A DNA stretch of 64,000 nucleotides from Cenarchaeum sp. (GCA_963693095.2 OY843768.1:192001-256000); one strand, 5' to 3'. Numbered from the stretch's first letter, positions 9,327 through 20,007 are shown. The notes: generated by a model not told the origin, from the letters alone. Program-made: numbers and translations.

Positions 9327-10289
9327 CTAGGCGCGCAGCGCGTCTAGCATCGCCGTGACGTCAGTTATCGCCCGCCCGCCAGACTCCACTGCCTGCAGGG
9401 CCGGCGGGTTTTCGGCATAGTTGTGTATCTGGTCGCGTATGCGCCCGCTGTATGGCGTGACAGTCTCGTTGCGGTAAAAGACTCCCGTCGGTATGCGCTC
9501 GCCCCACTCTAGTGACCTTGCGAGGGCCTGGCTGAGCTTTGCGTTGAGCTCGGCGGCGTCGGCAAAGTGGACTATGGGGTCATAGTCGGTGTCCTCTAGC
9601 CTGTATATGCGCGAGTGGCGCTCCCCGCCATCGCCCTCTAGCCCCTCGCCGGCAAACCAGTCGCGCGTGTTGATGTCATTGTATGTCGGGCACGGAGAGA
9701 GGACATCGACGAACGCAAGGCCCTCGTGGCTTATTGCGGCCTTTATGATCTCCTTTAGGTGCGCAACGTCATACGAGTATGCGCGCGCGACGAACGTAAA
9801 GCCGCTAGTCACGGCAAGGCCGACGGGGTTTACGTTATAGTTGACATTTGGCGCGGCAAGGGACTTTGTCTTTGTTCCAAGCTTTAGCGTGGGTGACGCC
9901 TGACCCTTTGTGAGCCCATAGACGCCATTGTCAAATATGATATACGCCATGTTGACGTTTCTCCTTCCGGCGGCGACAAAGTGGCCAGCGCCGATGCCGA
10001 GGCCGTCGCCGTCACCGCCGACTGCGACTATTCTCATGTTTGGGTTTGCGAGCGCTGCGCCCTGCGCAAAGGGCAGGACGCGGCCGTGGAGCGTGTGGAT
10101 GCCGCTGACGTTGACAAAGTGCGCAGTCTTGCCCGAGCAGCCTATTCCGGAGAATATCGCCGCCTCGTGGCGCGCAATGTCCATCTCGGCCAGGGCCATC
10201 TGCACGGCGTTGAGTATGCCAAAGTCGCCGCATCCGGGGCACCAGTCGTTGTGGACGTCAGTCTTGTAGTCGGCAAGCCTAGGCGCCAT
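9327..10289 (-). CDS. korB: 2-oxoacid:ferredoxin oxidoreductase beta subunit
   Basis: WCPGCGDFG, GIGCSG, HGR, GGDGD TPP motif, YGLTKGQASPT. Confidence 0.93.
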   Translation of the reverse strand: MAPRLADYKTDVHNDWCPGCGDFGILNAVQMALAEMDIARHEAAIFSGIGCSGKTAHFVNVSGIHTLHGRVLPFAQGAALANPNMRIVAVGGDGDGLGIGAGHFVAAGRRNVNMAYIIFDNGVYGLTKGQASPTLKLGTKTKSLAAPNVNYNVNPVGLAVTSGFTFVARAYSYDVAHLKEIIKAAISHEGLAFVDVLSPCPTYNDINTRDWFAGEGLEGDGGERHSRIYRLEDTDYDPIVHFADAAELNAKLSQALARSLEWGERIPTGVFYRNETVTPYSGRIRDQIHNYAENPPALQAVESGGRAITDVTAMLDALRA

Positions 10290-12201
10290 AGTCTAGAACC
10301 TCCCTTTTTGATGCCGTGCCGCCGGCAACCCTACGAAGCGCGCCGGCGACCTCTGTGCTCGTCATCGCGCGCCCCGTGTACTTTAGCACATAGTGATCCG
10401 GCTCGTGCCCCATGTTCTGCCGGAAGAGCGCGCCAAGCTGCGCCGTATAGTTTGACTCTATGTCCACTATTGTCGTTGCGCCCTCGAGGAGGTGCCTCAC
10501 ATAGTCGGCCGGAAACGGGTGGAGCATCTTTACCTGCACAAACCTGATGCGCGGTCCGCCGCCGGCCTGAACCTCGGCTATCGCGTCAAGTATTGGCCCC
10601 TTCGTCGATCCCCACCCGATGACTGCAATGTCGCCCTCGCCGTGCAGGACCGCCTGCTCGCCGTCAGGTATGGCGCGCAGCGCGAGGCTCTCCCTGGAGA
10701 GCCTCTTGCGCATCATCTCCGAGCGCATGACGGGGTCCTCGGTTATGTGGCCCACCTCGTCATGCTCATCGCCCGTGCACCAAAACTCGCCGTTCTCGAC
10801 GCCAAGGCGCGCGCGCTCTGACACGCCGTCCCCGCCGAGGGCAAACCTGCGATAGTCCCCCTCCATCTTGCCCGTGACAAGCTTGCCGCGGTCTATGGAT
10901 ATCCTGCCGGCATCAAAGCGCGCACAGGTCAGGACGGTGCTTGCCAGGTACTTGTCCATCATGTGTATGACGGGAACCTGGTAAACGTCCGCATAGTTAA
11001 AGCAGCGCGCCGTGTCGTAAAAGCTCTCCTCGACGTCGCCAGACGCATACACGATCCTCGGAAACTCGCCGTGGCCCGCATGGACCGCAAAGAGGAGGTC
11101 GTCCTGGCCGTGGCGCGTCGGCAGTCCGGTTGCCGGACCGCTCCGCTGGTAGAGCGTGATGACTAGGGGAACCTCGTTGATTCCTGCCCAGCCGAGGCAC
11201 TCGGCCATTAGCGAAAAGCCGGGTCCGGACGTGCATGTCGAGGATCGCGTGCCGGCGATCGCGCTCCCTATGGCCATGCCTATGGCGCTCAGCTCGTCCT
11301 CGCACTGGACCACGAGCGTCGAGCCGGGCCTGTGCCCGCTGACCTCAAGTGAGGGGTGGGACTCGAGATAGACGCTCTCATCGGATGCCGGCGTTATCGG
11401 ATAGTACGACTGGAAGCGGCACCCTGCGGCGATCTTGCCGATCGCCGTGCCGTGATACCCCTGCGCGAGAATCGTGCCATCCGGCGTCGCGCCACACGGT
11501 CCGAGGACGGCGCGCGCGCCGCCGAACTCGGCATCAGCTGACGCGTATGCGCGAGACGCTGCCATCTCGTTGAGCTCGGCTATTGCCGGCTTTGCGGCAA
11601 ACGCGTGCCGCACGGCCTCGCGTGTGCGCTCCTCGGGAACGCCGAGGGCCTTCATAGAGAGGGTCGCGCCGATGACGTTGAACATGCGCGTCATGCCGCG
11701 CAGCTTTGGGTTGCCTGCCGACTCGGCAAGTGACGCCAGTATTGACCGGAACGAGACTGCATGCGCTGCGACTCCGGCCTCGCGCGCCGCGCTGACTGCG
11801 CCCTCGACTCCGGCAGCACGGCCTGCGCCCTCGAGTGCGGCCCGCGCGCGCGCCGCATAGTGCTCATCCATCGTGCGAACGTCGTCGATCGACGCCTTTT
11901 CCATCGCCGAGTCGTAGATTATCGTGCCGCCGTCCCGAATGTCCGTATAGTGGCGCAGGAGCGTCTCGGCGTCATATGCGACCATGATATCCGCACCGCT
12001 GACATTGGAGTGTATCTCCTCACTAGATACCCTGACTACAAAATAGCTGTGCTCGCCCTTTATGTTGGAATAGAACTCGCGCTTGCCAAACACGTGATAC
12101 CCCATCGACGCGCACGCGCCGGCAAATATTCCGGCTGCTGACTCTACGCCGCTCCCCTGTGGACCGCCGACTAGCCATGACACGTCAACTCTATCCCCCA
12201 T
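10279..12201 (-). CDS. korA: 2-oxoacid:ferredoxin oxidoreductase alpha subunit
   Basis: YYPITPAS, EDELSA, TSGPGFSLM, QRSGPATGLPT. Confidence 0.93.
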   Translation of the reverse strand: MGDRVDVSWLVGGPQGSGVESAAGIFAGACASMGYHVFGKREFYSNIKGEHSYFVVRVSSEEIHSNVSGADIMVAYDAETLLRHYTDIRDGGTIIYDSAMEKASIDDVRTMDEHYAARARAALEGAGRAAGVEGAVSAAREAGVAAHAVSFRSILASLAESAGNPKLRGMTRMFNVIGATLSMKALGVPEERTREAVRHAFAAKPAIAELNEMAASRAYASADAEFGGARAVLGPCGATPDGTILAQGYHGTAIGKIAAGCRFQSYYPITPASDESVYLESHPSLEVSGHRPGSTLVVQCEDELSAIGMAIGSAIAGTRSSTCTSGPGFSLMAECLGWAGINEVPLVITLYQRSGPATGLPTRHGQDDLLFAVHAGHGEFPRIVYASGDVEESFYDTARCFNYADVYQVPVIHMMDKYLASTVLTCARFDAGRISIDRGKLVTGKMEGDYRRFALGGDGVSERARLGVENGEFWCTGDEHDEVGHITEDPVMRSEMMRKRLSRESLALRAIPDGEQAVLHGEGDIAVIGWGSTKGPILDAIAEVQAGGGPRIRFVQVKMLHPFPADYVRHLLEGATTIVDIESNYTAQLGALFRQNMGHEPDHYVLKYTGRAMTSTEVAGALRRVAGGTASKREVLDYGA

Positions 12202-12203
12202 GC

Positions 12204-12341
12204 CTAGCCGCCTCCAGTCGCCGAGTCAAAGAGCGCACACTCGCACGCGTCACGCTCGCCGCAAAACTCGCAGACGCACTTGCACGCGCTGAGCAGCTCC
12301 CCGCACGTGACGCAGCACGCATAGTCCTCCTTTTCTGCCAT
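12204..12341 (-). CDS. 45-aa Cys-rich microprotein leading the korAB operon
   Basis: MAEKEDYACCVTCGELLSACKCVCEFCGERDACECALFDSATGGG; TTTTATA box ~25 nt upstream; stop 2 nt before the korA ATG. Confidence 0.75.
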   Translation of the reverse strand: MAEKEDYACCVTCGELLSACKCVCEFCGERDACECALFDSATGGG

Positions 12342-12948
12342 CGACGCGCGCGCGTGGGACACGTTTGTATAAAAGTGCTTGAGTTGCGTGTTGGGAATAT
12401 GCCCTGCATTTGACCACGTGTGTTGCGGGCCTGCCAAGTCTGCGGTGTGATGGAAACTGGCTCCATTTTTGTGGATCACGTCCGCCTTTCCGAATCCGCA
12501 GGACGCTCGCTAGTGCGGGCATGTTGATGAACTCGACGTTCTTGCCGGGTTGCCCGTTAGGGACCACGGGTGTGGCACTAGGCGTCCTGTTGTCGAACGC
12601 TATGCAGCCAATGTGCTGTGTGTGTGTGTACGCGGTGCGGACTAGCGCGGTGTGTCGTGTGCTTGATGGATGCAGATTCAACGAGGTGCATGTTCGCCTT
12701 CTCTGCGTGACGTGATCGGGCAACGGGTTTATATTGATGTGGGAATTAACAATTATATATTGACGCGCATCCCCGCCTGTTGATGACTGACAGCGAGACA
12801 AAGACGACAATCTTTAGCAATCACAATCATGATAACTTCATACCGGTGGCTACTGCAGAACCACAGCTATCTGGCACCACCAAAACTAACATACCTGTTC
12901 ATCCCTCCATTACACAATCTAGCCAGCCTCGTGGTAAGGTGATACGTA

Positions 12949-13419
12949 TTGCGGGAGATTCCGAGTAAACCTGACAGCTCTGTGTCGCTCGGCTTTGAGG
13001 TGCTCAAAGAACCGTGGAACAAATGCCAACTATCCGACGGTTCCACACTTCGAATACGCAATGTGCTTAACACCGTCCGTCGTTATATGGAAAGAAACGT
13101 TCCAACATATGCGCCGTCTGCGGCATGCTCAATTAACATAATGTGCGCACCATCGTTAAGAGGCGTCCCGACTGACCATATTCCAGATCACGACACTCAG
13201 CTACGCTCCATAGAGCAAGCCGAGGTGGTATTTAATACGCTGTCTAATGACAACAATGACTATATCTTAAGCGATGACACTCGAATAAAGCTTCATCTTA
13301 ACTTGATAGAAATATCAAGAACAACACTGTATGACACTTTCGGCGATCGAGTTTACTTTATCAACCATTCCACGTTTCAAAGTATTAAATTGGCACCACA
13401 ATACCAGACCCAACAATAA
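12949..13419 (+). CDS. Hypothetical protein with internal two-domain repeat, in an AT-rich islet
   Basis: FEVLKEPWNKCQLSDGSTLRI and FNTLSNDNNDYILSDDTRIKL are related halves. Confidence 0.65.
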   Translation: MREIPSKPDSSVSLGFEVLKEPWNKCQLSDGSTLRIRNVLNTVRRYMERNVPTYAPSAACSINIMCAPSLRGVPTDHIPDHDTQLRSIEQAEVVFNTLSNDNNDYILSDDTRIKLHLNLIEISRTTLYDTFGDRVYFINHSTFQSIKLAPQYQTQQ

Positions 13420-13698
13420 TCAATTCTATCCACTCGTGTGTTATTCTGTAAAGGCGCACAAATCAACAGTCATGCTTTGACGCTTATCGCTCCTAGTTTT
13501 GTGGATATCTGTGGATGAAATGATCACCTCTGCCCTGTCAGTCATATGCGCAGACTGTATACGCGCAAAATCCCCTGCGTTGCCCATGTTCTCATTTGAG
13601 TGATCACGCATATGCAGTTGCGTCACACAATCCAGGAACGTTTGCAAAACTTGACTAGGCAAACTTTGGCCCGTGTGGGCTTTGGAATCCCCGCACGC

Positions 13699-14010
13699 TC
13701 ACATCATGCCGGCCTCGTGCATCGCCGTCGCATAGTCGCACTCGGCCCCCATGCGAAGGTACGGGATGAGGCGATAGTGTATCGAGTAGAGGTTGCCCTC
13801 GCGGAACAGGACTCCCTTTTGGGCCAGCGAGGCCAGGCCGCGAGCGGCCATGTGGACCTCGTCCCCGCTGCACTCCGCTGCCCGCCTCTTTTGGTACTGG
13901 GCCAGCGTAAAGGACGGCTCGCCGAGCTCGAGTATGAGGGGCCATATGACGCGGGTCCACACGAGCCTCCGCCGCTCGGTCGCCAGCGCGTACTTGCCCT
14001 TGCCACTCAT
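13699..14010 (-). CDS. Hypothetical protein (winged-helix-like)
   Basis: 103 aa; divergent from 14042 with a shared TTATAA box. Confidence 0.7.
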   Translation of the reverse strand: MSGKGKYALATERRRLVWTRVIWPLILELGEPSFTLAQYQKRRAAECSGDEVHMAARGLASLAQKGVLFREGNLYSIHYRLIPYLRMGAECDYATAMHEAGMM

Positions 14011-14041
14011 GCCATTAGCGTTATAATGTCCGCTACTATAT

Positions 14042-14764
14042 TTGGTTCACGTGTCCTCGCAGGAGGAGGTGCGCGAGTCCCTCGACGCCCTCATCAAGAT
14101 GGGGTGGGAAGTCGACCCAGCCATACGGGACCTCACGCTCGGCCGGGCGACTGCAGTCTCTGACCGGACCGTGAGGGTCGGCTCGGTGACGTACCACATA
14201 CCATACCTCGAGTCAGTCTCGCGCCACGTCCTCTGGAAGTGCCACTGGCCTGACTGCACCAACTGCTGCGAGCGCCAGGGCCGCCTCCCGCTCACGTCTG
14301 ATGACCTCATCACGATAGGGAGCGGCATGAAGTACGCGCGCGTCTCCGAGTTTGTCGCCGCCGAGACGCTCATCAGCACGTGGGGCGCGCAGGGCCCGTC
14401 AGGCTCCTCCTCGGCGACCATGACTAGCATCAACCTAAAGCGGTCTGCCGGCGAGACGGCCGCGCAGGACGGCACGCGCATACCGTGCCGCTTTCTTGGC
14501 AGTGATAGCGCATGCACGCTCCATCCTGGGCGGCCCGGCGTGTGCTATCTCTATCCGTTCACGACATGGCTAGAGAGCAACCATGGCGTGCCGCAGGTTC
14601 ATGCGACATTCCAGTTCACGGGGGACTGTCCGGGATTCTACCTTGCCGAGTCCATTGATGACATGCGCGCCACGCTTGAGGAGTATGCAGGAATCATCCA
14701 CGGGTACAACATGGCATACGCGCGCACGCAGCGCGAGGGCTATGCGTCCTCGGCGATGGACTAG
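14042..14764 (+). CDS. YkgJ-family cysteine-cluster (CxxCxxCC) protein
   Basis: CHWPDCTNCC...CRFL...CTLHPGRPGVCYLYPF...CPG. Confidence 0.85.
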   Translation: MVHVSSQEEVRESLDALIKMGWEVDPAIRDLTLGRATAVSDRTVRVGSVTYHIPYLESVSRHVLWKCHWPDCTNCCERQGRLPLTSDDLITIGSGMKYARVSEFVAAETLISTWGAQGPSGSSSATMTSINLKRSAGETAAQDGTRIPCRFLGSDSACTLHPGRPGVCYLYPFTTWLESNHGVPQVHATFQFTGDCPGFYLAESIDDMRATLEEYAGIIHGYNMAYARTQREGYASSAMD

Positions 14765-15771
14765 GCGCGTGCGACCTTTATGAGGTTGCGCATCTCTATG
14801 TCCATTCCAAACCGCGCCTCGTTCTTTTTCATATAGCGGTATATCGAGAGCATGTCAAGTCCCTGCCTTAGCATGCTAAACCTGCCCATTAGCTTTGCGT
14901 GTACAAACCTGAAGACCTTTGCGTACACCTCAAAGTGCTCGCGAACCTCGCGCTCGTATGCTGGCACGTTGCCAATGTTCCTGGTAAATATGTCCGCGCA
15001 GACCATGCTCGGTATTATGCCCTCGCCGAGCAGCGGGAACACCGTGCCGATCGACTCGCCAACGCCGACAACCTTGCCGTCGCTGTACGGCATGCACATG
15101 TTCGGAGTCGCCAGCCTTATTGGGCGGCCGACAGTCTTTGTTATCTTGCCGCCGTGCCTCTTCATAAACTCGCCTGTCTCCCTGACGTGCGCCTTTTGAT
15201 AGTCGCCGGCCCCAATGTGCGCCGAGTTCTTTCCTAGCGGAAAGTACCAGAAATACCCCGACATCCCGCGAAACGGCCTAATGTAAAAGTCATCAAAGGG
15301 CACGCCGTTCTCGTACTCGACCTTGTGCTCGTATGTCGGCAGGTAAAAGTCGTTCTTGATCTTTGGGAGGTATGACCTGTGAAACCCCGTGCAGTCGACT
15401 ATAACGTCAAAGTCGCGCTCTAGGTCGCTGCGCGTCGGTGCTGCCCCGTAGCGTATCTCGCAGCCGTCGACGAGGTCGCGTATGAGGCCGATCTTGTCAT
15501 ACGTGCACAGCCCGTCGAGGCCTATGTGGAACTTTTCCTGGCCGTCGACCTCTACGTGCATCCTCCTTCCGTCATGCGTGACATACTTTGCAAAGTCCAC
15601 GCCCGAGAGCGCGCAGAGCTCCTCCATCTTTGGCCTGCACGTGCCCCACGCGCATATCGAGTCATGCCTGTCTGCGCGCATCCGCTCAAAGCCGACGACC
15701 TCGTGCTCGCGCTTTAGCCTCGAGGCAAGATAGCTTCCCGCAACGCCAATGCCGGCTATTGCGACCCTCAT
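14761..15771 (-). CDS. FAD-dependent oxidoreductase, geranylgeranyl reductase-like
   Basis: MRVAIAGIGVAG, GYFWYFP, VGESIGTVFPLLGEGI. Confidence 0.85.
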   Translation of the reverse strand: MRVAIAGIGVAGSYLASRLKREHEVVGFERMRADRHDSICAWGTCRPKMEELCALSGVDFAKYVTHDGRRMHVEVDGQEKFHIGLDGLCTYDKIGLIRDLVDGCEIRYGAAPTRSDLERDFDVIVDCTGFHRSYLPKIKNDFYLPTYEHKVEYENGVPFDDFYIRPFRGMSGYFWYFPLGKNSAHIGAGDYQKAHVRETGEFMKRHGGKITKTVGRPIRLATPNMCMPYSDGKVVGVGESIGTVFPLLGEGIIPSMVCADIFTRNIGNVPAYEREVREHFEVYAKVFRFVHAKLMGRFSMLRQGLDMLSIYRYMKKNEARFGMDIEMRNLIKVARA

Positions 15772-15856
15772 GGGTGGGGCACGCCGGGCTCCTTGTAATA
15801 ACCTGTGCGCTGCTGCGCGCCTAGAGATATTAAGGGGTTTTCGCGCCTCGTGCGCA

Positions 15857-16306
15857 ATGCGCTCACACGTGCTGCAGGAGAGGCAATGGACACGCATGTG
15901 GCGGGAGAACTCGCCTGACCTGCGTGAGCGCGTCGTAAAGTGGCGCCGCGAGAACGCAGTCACTAGGATCGCGCGGCCCACGCGCCTGCAGAGGGCACGG
16001 CGCCTCGGGTACCGCGCAAAGCAGGGAATCGCAGTTGTCCGCATGCGAGTGGGCACCGGCGGCATGCGCAGGCAGCGCCCGCGCGGCGGCCGTAGGCCAA
16101 AGCACCTCGGCGTGACGAGGATAAAGGGTGATGACAGCCTAAAGACAGTGGCGCAGAGGCGCGTCCTTGAGCGCTTTCCAAACATGCTTCTCCTCGGATC
16201 GTACTTTGTCTACCGCGACGGCATACACTGCTGGTATGAGGTCATACTCGTGGATCCCGAGCACCCGAGAATATCTGGCGATCGCGAGCTCGCCGACCGC
16301 ATATAG
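15857..16306 (+). CDS. rpl15e: 50S ribosomal protein L15e
   Basis: RPTRLQRARRLGYRAKQG, WYEVILVDPEHP. Confidence 0.95.
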   Translation: MRSHVLQERQWTRMWRENSPDLRERVVKWRRENAVTRIARPTRLQRARRLGYRAKQGIAVVRMRVGTGGMRRQRPRGGRRPKHLGVTRIKGDDSLKTVAQRRVLERFPNMLLLGSYFVYRDGIHCWYEVILVDPEHPRISGDRELADRI

Positions 16307-16484
16307 CGCAGCGCGCGCCTCCCGCGGGGTGCCGGCATGATATCATTGATCTGGATTCTGGCCATTCCGGCCTGCCATGCATGTGGCGCAAGTCCGCCCT
16401 GCGTGCCTTTACGGGTCGCACGTGCGCCTAGCTAGAGCTAAAAAACCGACTGCTATTTAACGCGCCACGTCCTGCGACGATCGC

Positions 16485-17486
16485 ATGACTGCAAGGATGG
16501 TGATTGCAGCCGCAGCCACGGTGGCCGCACTGGGCCTGGCCGTTGCGCTGTATGCGGCAGCCGGCACGGGGGAGGCAGTGCGCGTGGCCTTTCTTCCCAG
16601 CGTGAGCCACGCCATACCGATCGTGGGCACAGAGCGCGCAACGTTTGCAGCCGCACTTGATCCGCTGCGCGTGGAGGCGCGCGTGCTTGAGAGCGGCACG
16701 CAGGCCGTACAGTCGCTGCTCTCCGGAAACCTCGAGCTCGCATATGTGGGACCCGGTCCGGCAGTAAACGCGTTTGTGCGATCTTCGGACGGCAATGTCG
16801 TGATCCTCTCGGGTGCGGCAAGCGGTGGCGTGAGCCTCGTCGCGCGCGCAGGCTCGGGAATATCGGGCATTGCGGATCTCGACGGCATGCGCGTTGCGGT
16901 TCCGCAGGTGGCCAACTCACAGGACGTCTCGCTGCGCCACCACCTCGCAGGGGCCGGCCTGGTTCCGGCTGACCGCGGCGGAACGGTGCAGGTTATCGCA
17001 GTCGCCGGTCCGGAGATGGTCACACTAGTATCGCGCGAGTTTATCGATGCCGCATGGGTCGCCGAGCCGTGGGCAACGCTCATCATAGAGTCAGCCGGCG
17101 CAGTCAGGGTTCTAGAGGAGTCTTCCCTCTGGCCAGAGTCGCGATTCTCCTCAGTCGTTCTCGTCGCGCGCGCCGACTATGTGCGCGAGATGCCCGAGGC
17201 CGTCTCGTCGTGGATTCAGGCGCACGAGGAGACGACCATGTGGATCGCCGCCAACCCGGGGCCCGCGCGTGAGGCGTACGCGTCATTTGCCGAGGGCGAG
17301 GCCCTCGCGGCCCTGCCGGCCGATGTCCTCGAGGAGTCGTTCTCACGCGTAGAGATCACCACAGACGCCCTCGAGCCGTCGATAGCCGAGTTCGCCGAGC
17401 GTGCCGCCTCACTCGGGTATCTGGGCCGCTCGCCGCCGGAGATCAGTGGGATATTTTACGGGGGCGCCGCAGCGCAGGGCGGCTAG
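16485..17486 (+). CDS. ABC transporter substrate-binding protein (SsuA/TauA/NrtA-like)
   Basis: N-terminal anchor, LAYVGPGPA, AAWVAEPW; operon with ATPase and permease. Confidence 0.88.
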   Translation: MTARMVIAAAATVAALGLAVALYAAAGTGEAVRVAFLPSVSHAIPIVGTERATFAAALDPLRVEARVLESGTQAVQSLLSGNLELAYVGPGPAVNAFVRSSDGNVVILSGAASGGVSLVARAGSGISGIADLDGMRVAVPQVANSQDVSLRHHLAGAGLVPADRGGTVQVIAVAGPEMVTLVSREFIDAAWVAEPWATLIIESAGAVRVLEESSLWPESRFSSVVLVARADYVREMPEAVSSWIQAHEETTMWIAANPGPAREAYASFAEGEALAALPADVLEESFSRVEITTDALEPSIAEFAERAASLGYLGRSPPEISGIFYGGAAAQGG

Positions 17487-17492
17487 GGAGAG

Positions 17493-18269
17493 ATGGCAAA
17501 GCTAGAGTCTCGTGGAATCACAAAGTCCTTTGGCGGGGGCGGGGGGTACACGCTGCGCGCACTCGGGGGAATCGACCTGTCCGTCGAGGCCGGAGAGTTT
17601 GTCTGCCTCGTCGGCCCGTCAGGGTGCGGCAAGTCGACGTTCCTGAGGATCGTCGCCGGACTCGACACGCCGGACTCTGGTGAGGTCATATTTGACGGGA
17701 GGCCAGTCGACGGGACCGGTCCGGAGCGCATCATGGTGTTCCAGGAGGGTGCGCTGTTCCCGTGGCTGAGCGTTGCTGACAATGTGTCATTTGGCCTCAG
17801 CGTCAACGGCGTGCCGGCCGCCGAGCGGGCCGAGATATCGGCGCGCTACCTCGAGATGATGCAGCTAGGCCAGTTCTCCTCCTACTATCCGCACCAGCTC
17901 TCAACTGGCATGAAGCAGCGTGTTGCGATCGCGCGCGCGCTTGCGATGGATCCTGACGTCCTCCTGATGGACGAGCCGTTTGCCGCACTAGACACGCAGA
18001 CGCGATACACGCTCATCGGCGAGATGCAGGAGATATGGCAGCGAACCAAAAAGACGATACTCTTTGTGACGCACAACGTCGCCGAGTCGGCCGCACTCGC
18101 CTCGCGCGTCGTGGTGTTTGGCAACAGGCCATCGCGCATCAGGGCAGAGTTTCGCATAGACCACCCGCGGCCGCGCCACGCCGAGGACGGCAGCCTCGCC
18201 TCGATACAGCGCGAGATACTCGCCGCGCTGCGCCCTGAGGTCACAAGGCAGGAGGGCCTAAATGGATAG
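17493..18269 (+). CDS. ABC transporter ATP-binding protein (SsuB/TauB-like)
   Basis: GPSGCGKST, LSTGMKQR, LLMDEPF. Confidence 0.92.
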   Translation: MAKLESRGITKSFGGGGGYTLRALGGIDLSVEAGEFVCLVGPSGCGKSTFLRIVAGLDTPDSGEVIFDGRPVDGTGPERIMVFQEGALFPWLSVADNVSFGLSVNGVPAAERAEISARYLEMMQLGQFSSYYPHQLSTGMKQRVAIARALAMDPDVLLMDEPFAALDTQTRYTLIGEMQEIWQRTKKTILFVTHNVAESAALASRVVVFGNRPSRIRAEFRIDHPRPRHAEDGSLASIQREILAALRPEVTRQEGLNG

Positions 18270-19020
18270 GCGTGCTGCGGCGCGCCGCGCCGCGTTCTAT
18301 GCGGCCATTGTCATATCGTGGCAGGCCGCCTCGTCTGCCGGAGTCCTGCCGCCTGACCTGCTGCCGTCTCCCTGGGAGGTCGCCGAGGATATCGCGCACG
18401 GCATTGCAGATGCGAGCCTGCTAGTTGGGATCGCCACGACGCTCTGGCGCCTCATAGTCGGCCTTGCCATCGCGATCGGCGCCGGCGTCCTCCTCGGCGT
18501 CGCCATGGCGAGGATCAGCCTAATCAACGAGACTATCGGCTCACTCGTCCTTGGCCTGCAGTCAATACCGTCCATAGCGTGGGTTCCCGTCGCGCTCATC
18601 TGGTTTGGCGTGAGCGATGCTGGAATAGTGTTTGTGACTGCAGTCGGCGCAGTCTTTGCCGTGACTACTAGCATATACTCTAGCGTGCGCAACATACACC
18701 CGCACTATGTCGAGGCGGCCCGAAACATGGGCGCGCGCGGGACGCAGCTAGTCACGCGCGTCCTCCTGCCGGCCGCGTTCCCGCACATGCTCTCGGGCTT
18801 TAAGCAGGGGTGGGCATTTGCGTGGCGCGGAGTCGTCGGCGCCGAGATGCTCTTTTCGTTTCTTGGCCTGGGATTTCTGCTCAACGTCGGGCGCCACACA
18901 GTCGACATATCGCAGGTCGTCGCGGTCCTCGTCGTTATAATGGCCATGGGCATGGCCCTCGACGTCGCCCTCTTTCGCCGCCTCGAGGATCGTGTCATGG
19001 GCCGCTGGGGGCTGCGCTAG
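18262..19020 (+). CDS. ABC transporter permease (SsuC/TauC-like)
   Basis: Multiple TM helices; EAARNMGA loop. Confidence 0.9.
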   Translation: MDRRAAARRAAFYAAIVISWQAASSAGVLPPDLLPSPWEVAEDIAHGIADASLLVGIATTLWRLIVGLAIAIGAGVLLGVAMARISLINETIGSLVLGLQSIPSIAWVPVALIWFGVSDAGIVFVTAVGAVFAVTTSIYSSVRNIHPHYVEAARNMGARGTQLVTRVLLPAAFPHMLSGFKQGWAFAWRGVVGAEMLFSFLGLGFLLNVGRHTVDISQVVAVLVVIMAMGMALDVALFRRLEDRVMGRWGLR

Positions 19021-19022
19021 GG

Positions 19023-19976
19023 TTGGCAAGGCAGGCCTTTGCTGACGCGCTGCGCGAGCGGATACTCGTCCTCGATGGCGCAATGGGCACGGAGATACAG
19101 CGCCTCGAGCCGACGGCCGAGGACTTTCCTGGAGGCCATGACGGGTTCAACGATGGCCTGGTCGCAAGCCGGCCTGACTGGATACGCCGCATACACCGCT
19201 CGTACCTCGAGGCCGGAGCCGACTGCGTCGAGACTGACACGTTTGGCTCAAACAGGATAAAGCTTGCCGAGTACGGGATGGGCGACAGAACCGTCGAGCA
19301 GAACCGCGAGGCCGCAGCACTCGCCGTCGCCGAGGCTGCCGCAGCGCCACCGCCAACGCGCTATGTCATCGGGACCATGGGGCCGACCGGATACCTGCCG
19401 AGCTCATCAGACGCCGACCTTGGCCAGATGCCACTAGACGAGATACGCGAGGCCTTTGCGCTCCAGGCCGAGGGCCTGGTGTCTGGCGGCGTTGATGCCA
19501 TACTCATCGAGACGAGCCAGGACATACTGGAGGTAAAGCTCGCCATACTAGGCGCAAGGGACGGCATGGCAAAGGTGCGGCGCGACGTGCCCATCATCGC
19601 AAACGTGACGCTTGACCGCTATGGCAAGATGCTACTTGGCACCGGTGTGCAGGCCGCATACACGACGGTGTGCGACATGGGCATAGACGTCTTTGGCCTC
19701 AACTGCTCGACCGGCCCTGAGGAGATGGAGCCTAGCGTGCGATGGCTTGACGAGAACGCCGCGCATCCGGTCCTCGTGGTCCCAAACGCCGGCATGCCCG
19801 AGAATGCCGACGGCGTGGCGATATACCGGATGGGGGCCGACGAGATGGCCGACCGCCTCTCCTCCTTTGTGGACACGTACTCGCGCGTGCGCATCATCGG
19901 CGGGTGTTGCGGGACGAGGCCGGCCCACATATCGCGTCTGCGCGCCGTAGTTGACGAGCGCGCCAAACACTCTTAA
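19023..19976 (+). CDS. metH: Homocysteine S-methyltransferase domain (stand-alone N-terminal module of a split MetH)
   Basis: LDGAMGT, GLNCSTGP, PNAGMP, IGGCCGT; TTG start; no pterin or B12 domains. Confidence 0.88.
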   Translation: MARQAFADALRERILVLDGAMGTEIQRLEPTAEDFPGGHDGFNDGLVASRPDWIRRIHRSYLEAGADCVETDTFGSNRIKLAEYGMGDRTVEQNREAAALAVAEAAAAPPPTRYVIGTMGPTGYLPSSSDADLGQMPLDEIREAFALQAEGLVSGGVDAILIETSQDILEVKLAILGARDGMAKVRRDVPIIANVTLDRYGKMLLGTGVQAAYTTVCDMGIDVFGLNCSTGPEEMEPSVRWLDENAAHPVLVVPNAGMPENADGVAIYRMGADEMADRLSSFVDTYSRVRIIGGCCGTRPAHISRLRAVVDERAKHS

Positions 19977-20007
19977 GCCAAACTGGGCAAGGCGCGATCC
20001 TAGAGAG

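Noticed and set aside
12342-12715. Possible further MITE, transposase remnant or ORB origin box
   Set aside because: Only short matches (catttgaccacgtg, gctagtgcgggc, tggaaac) and no cdc6 nearby; not significant by eye.
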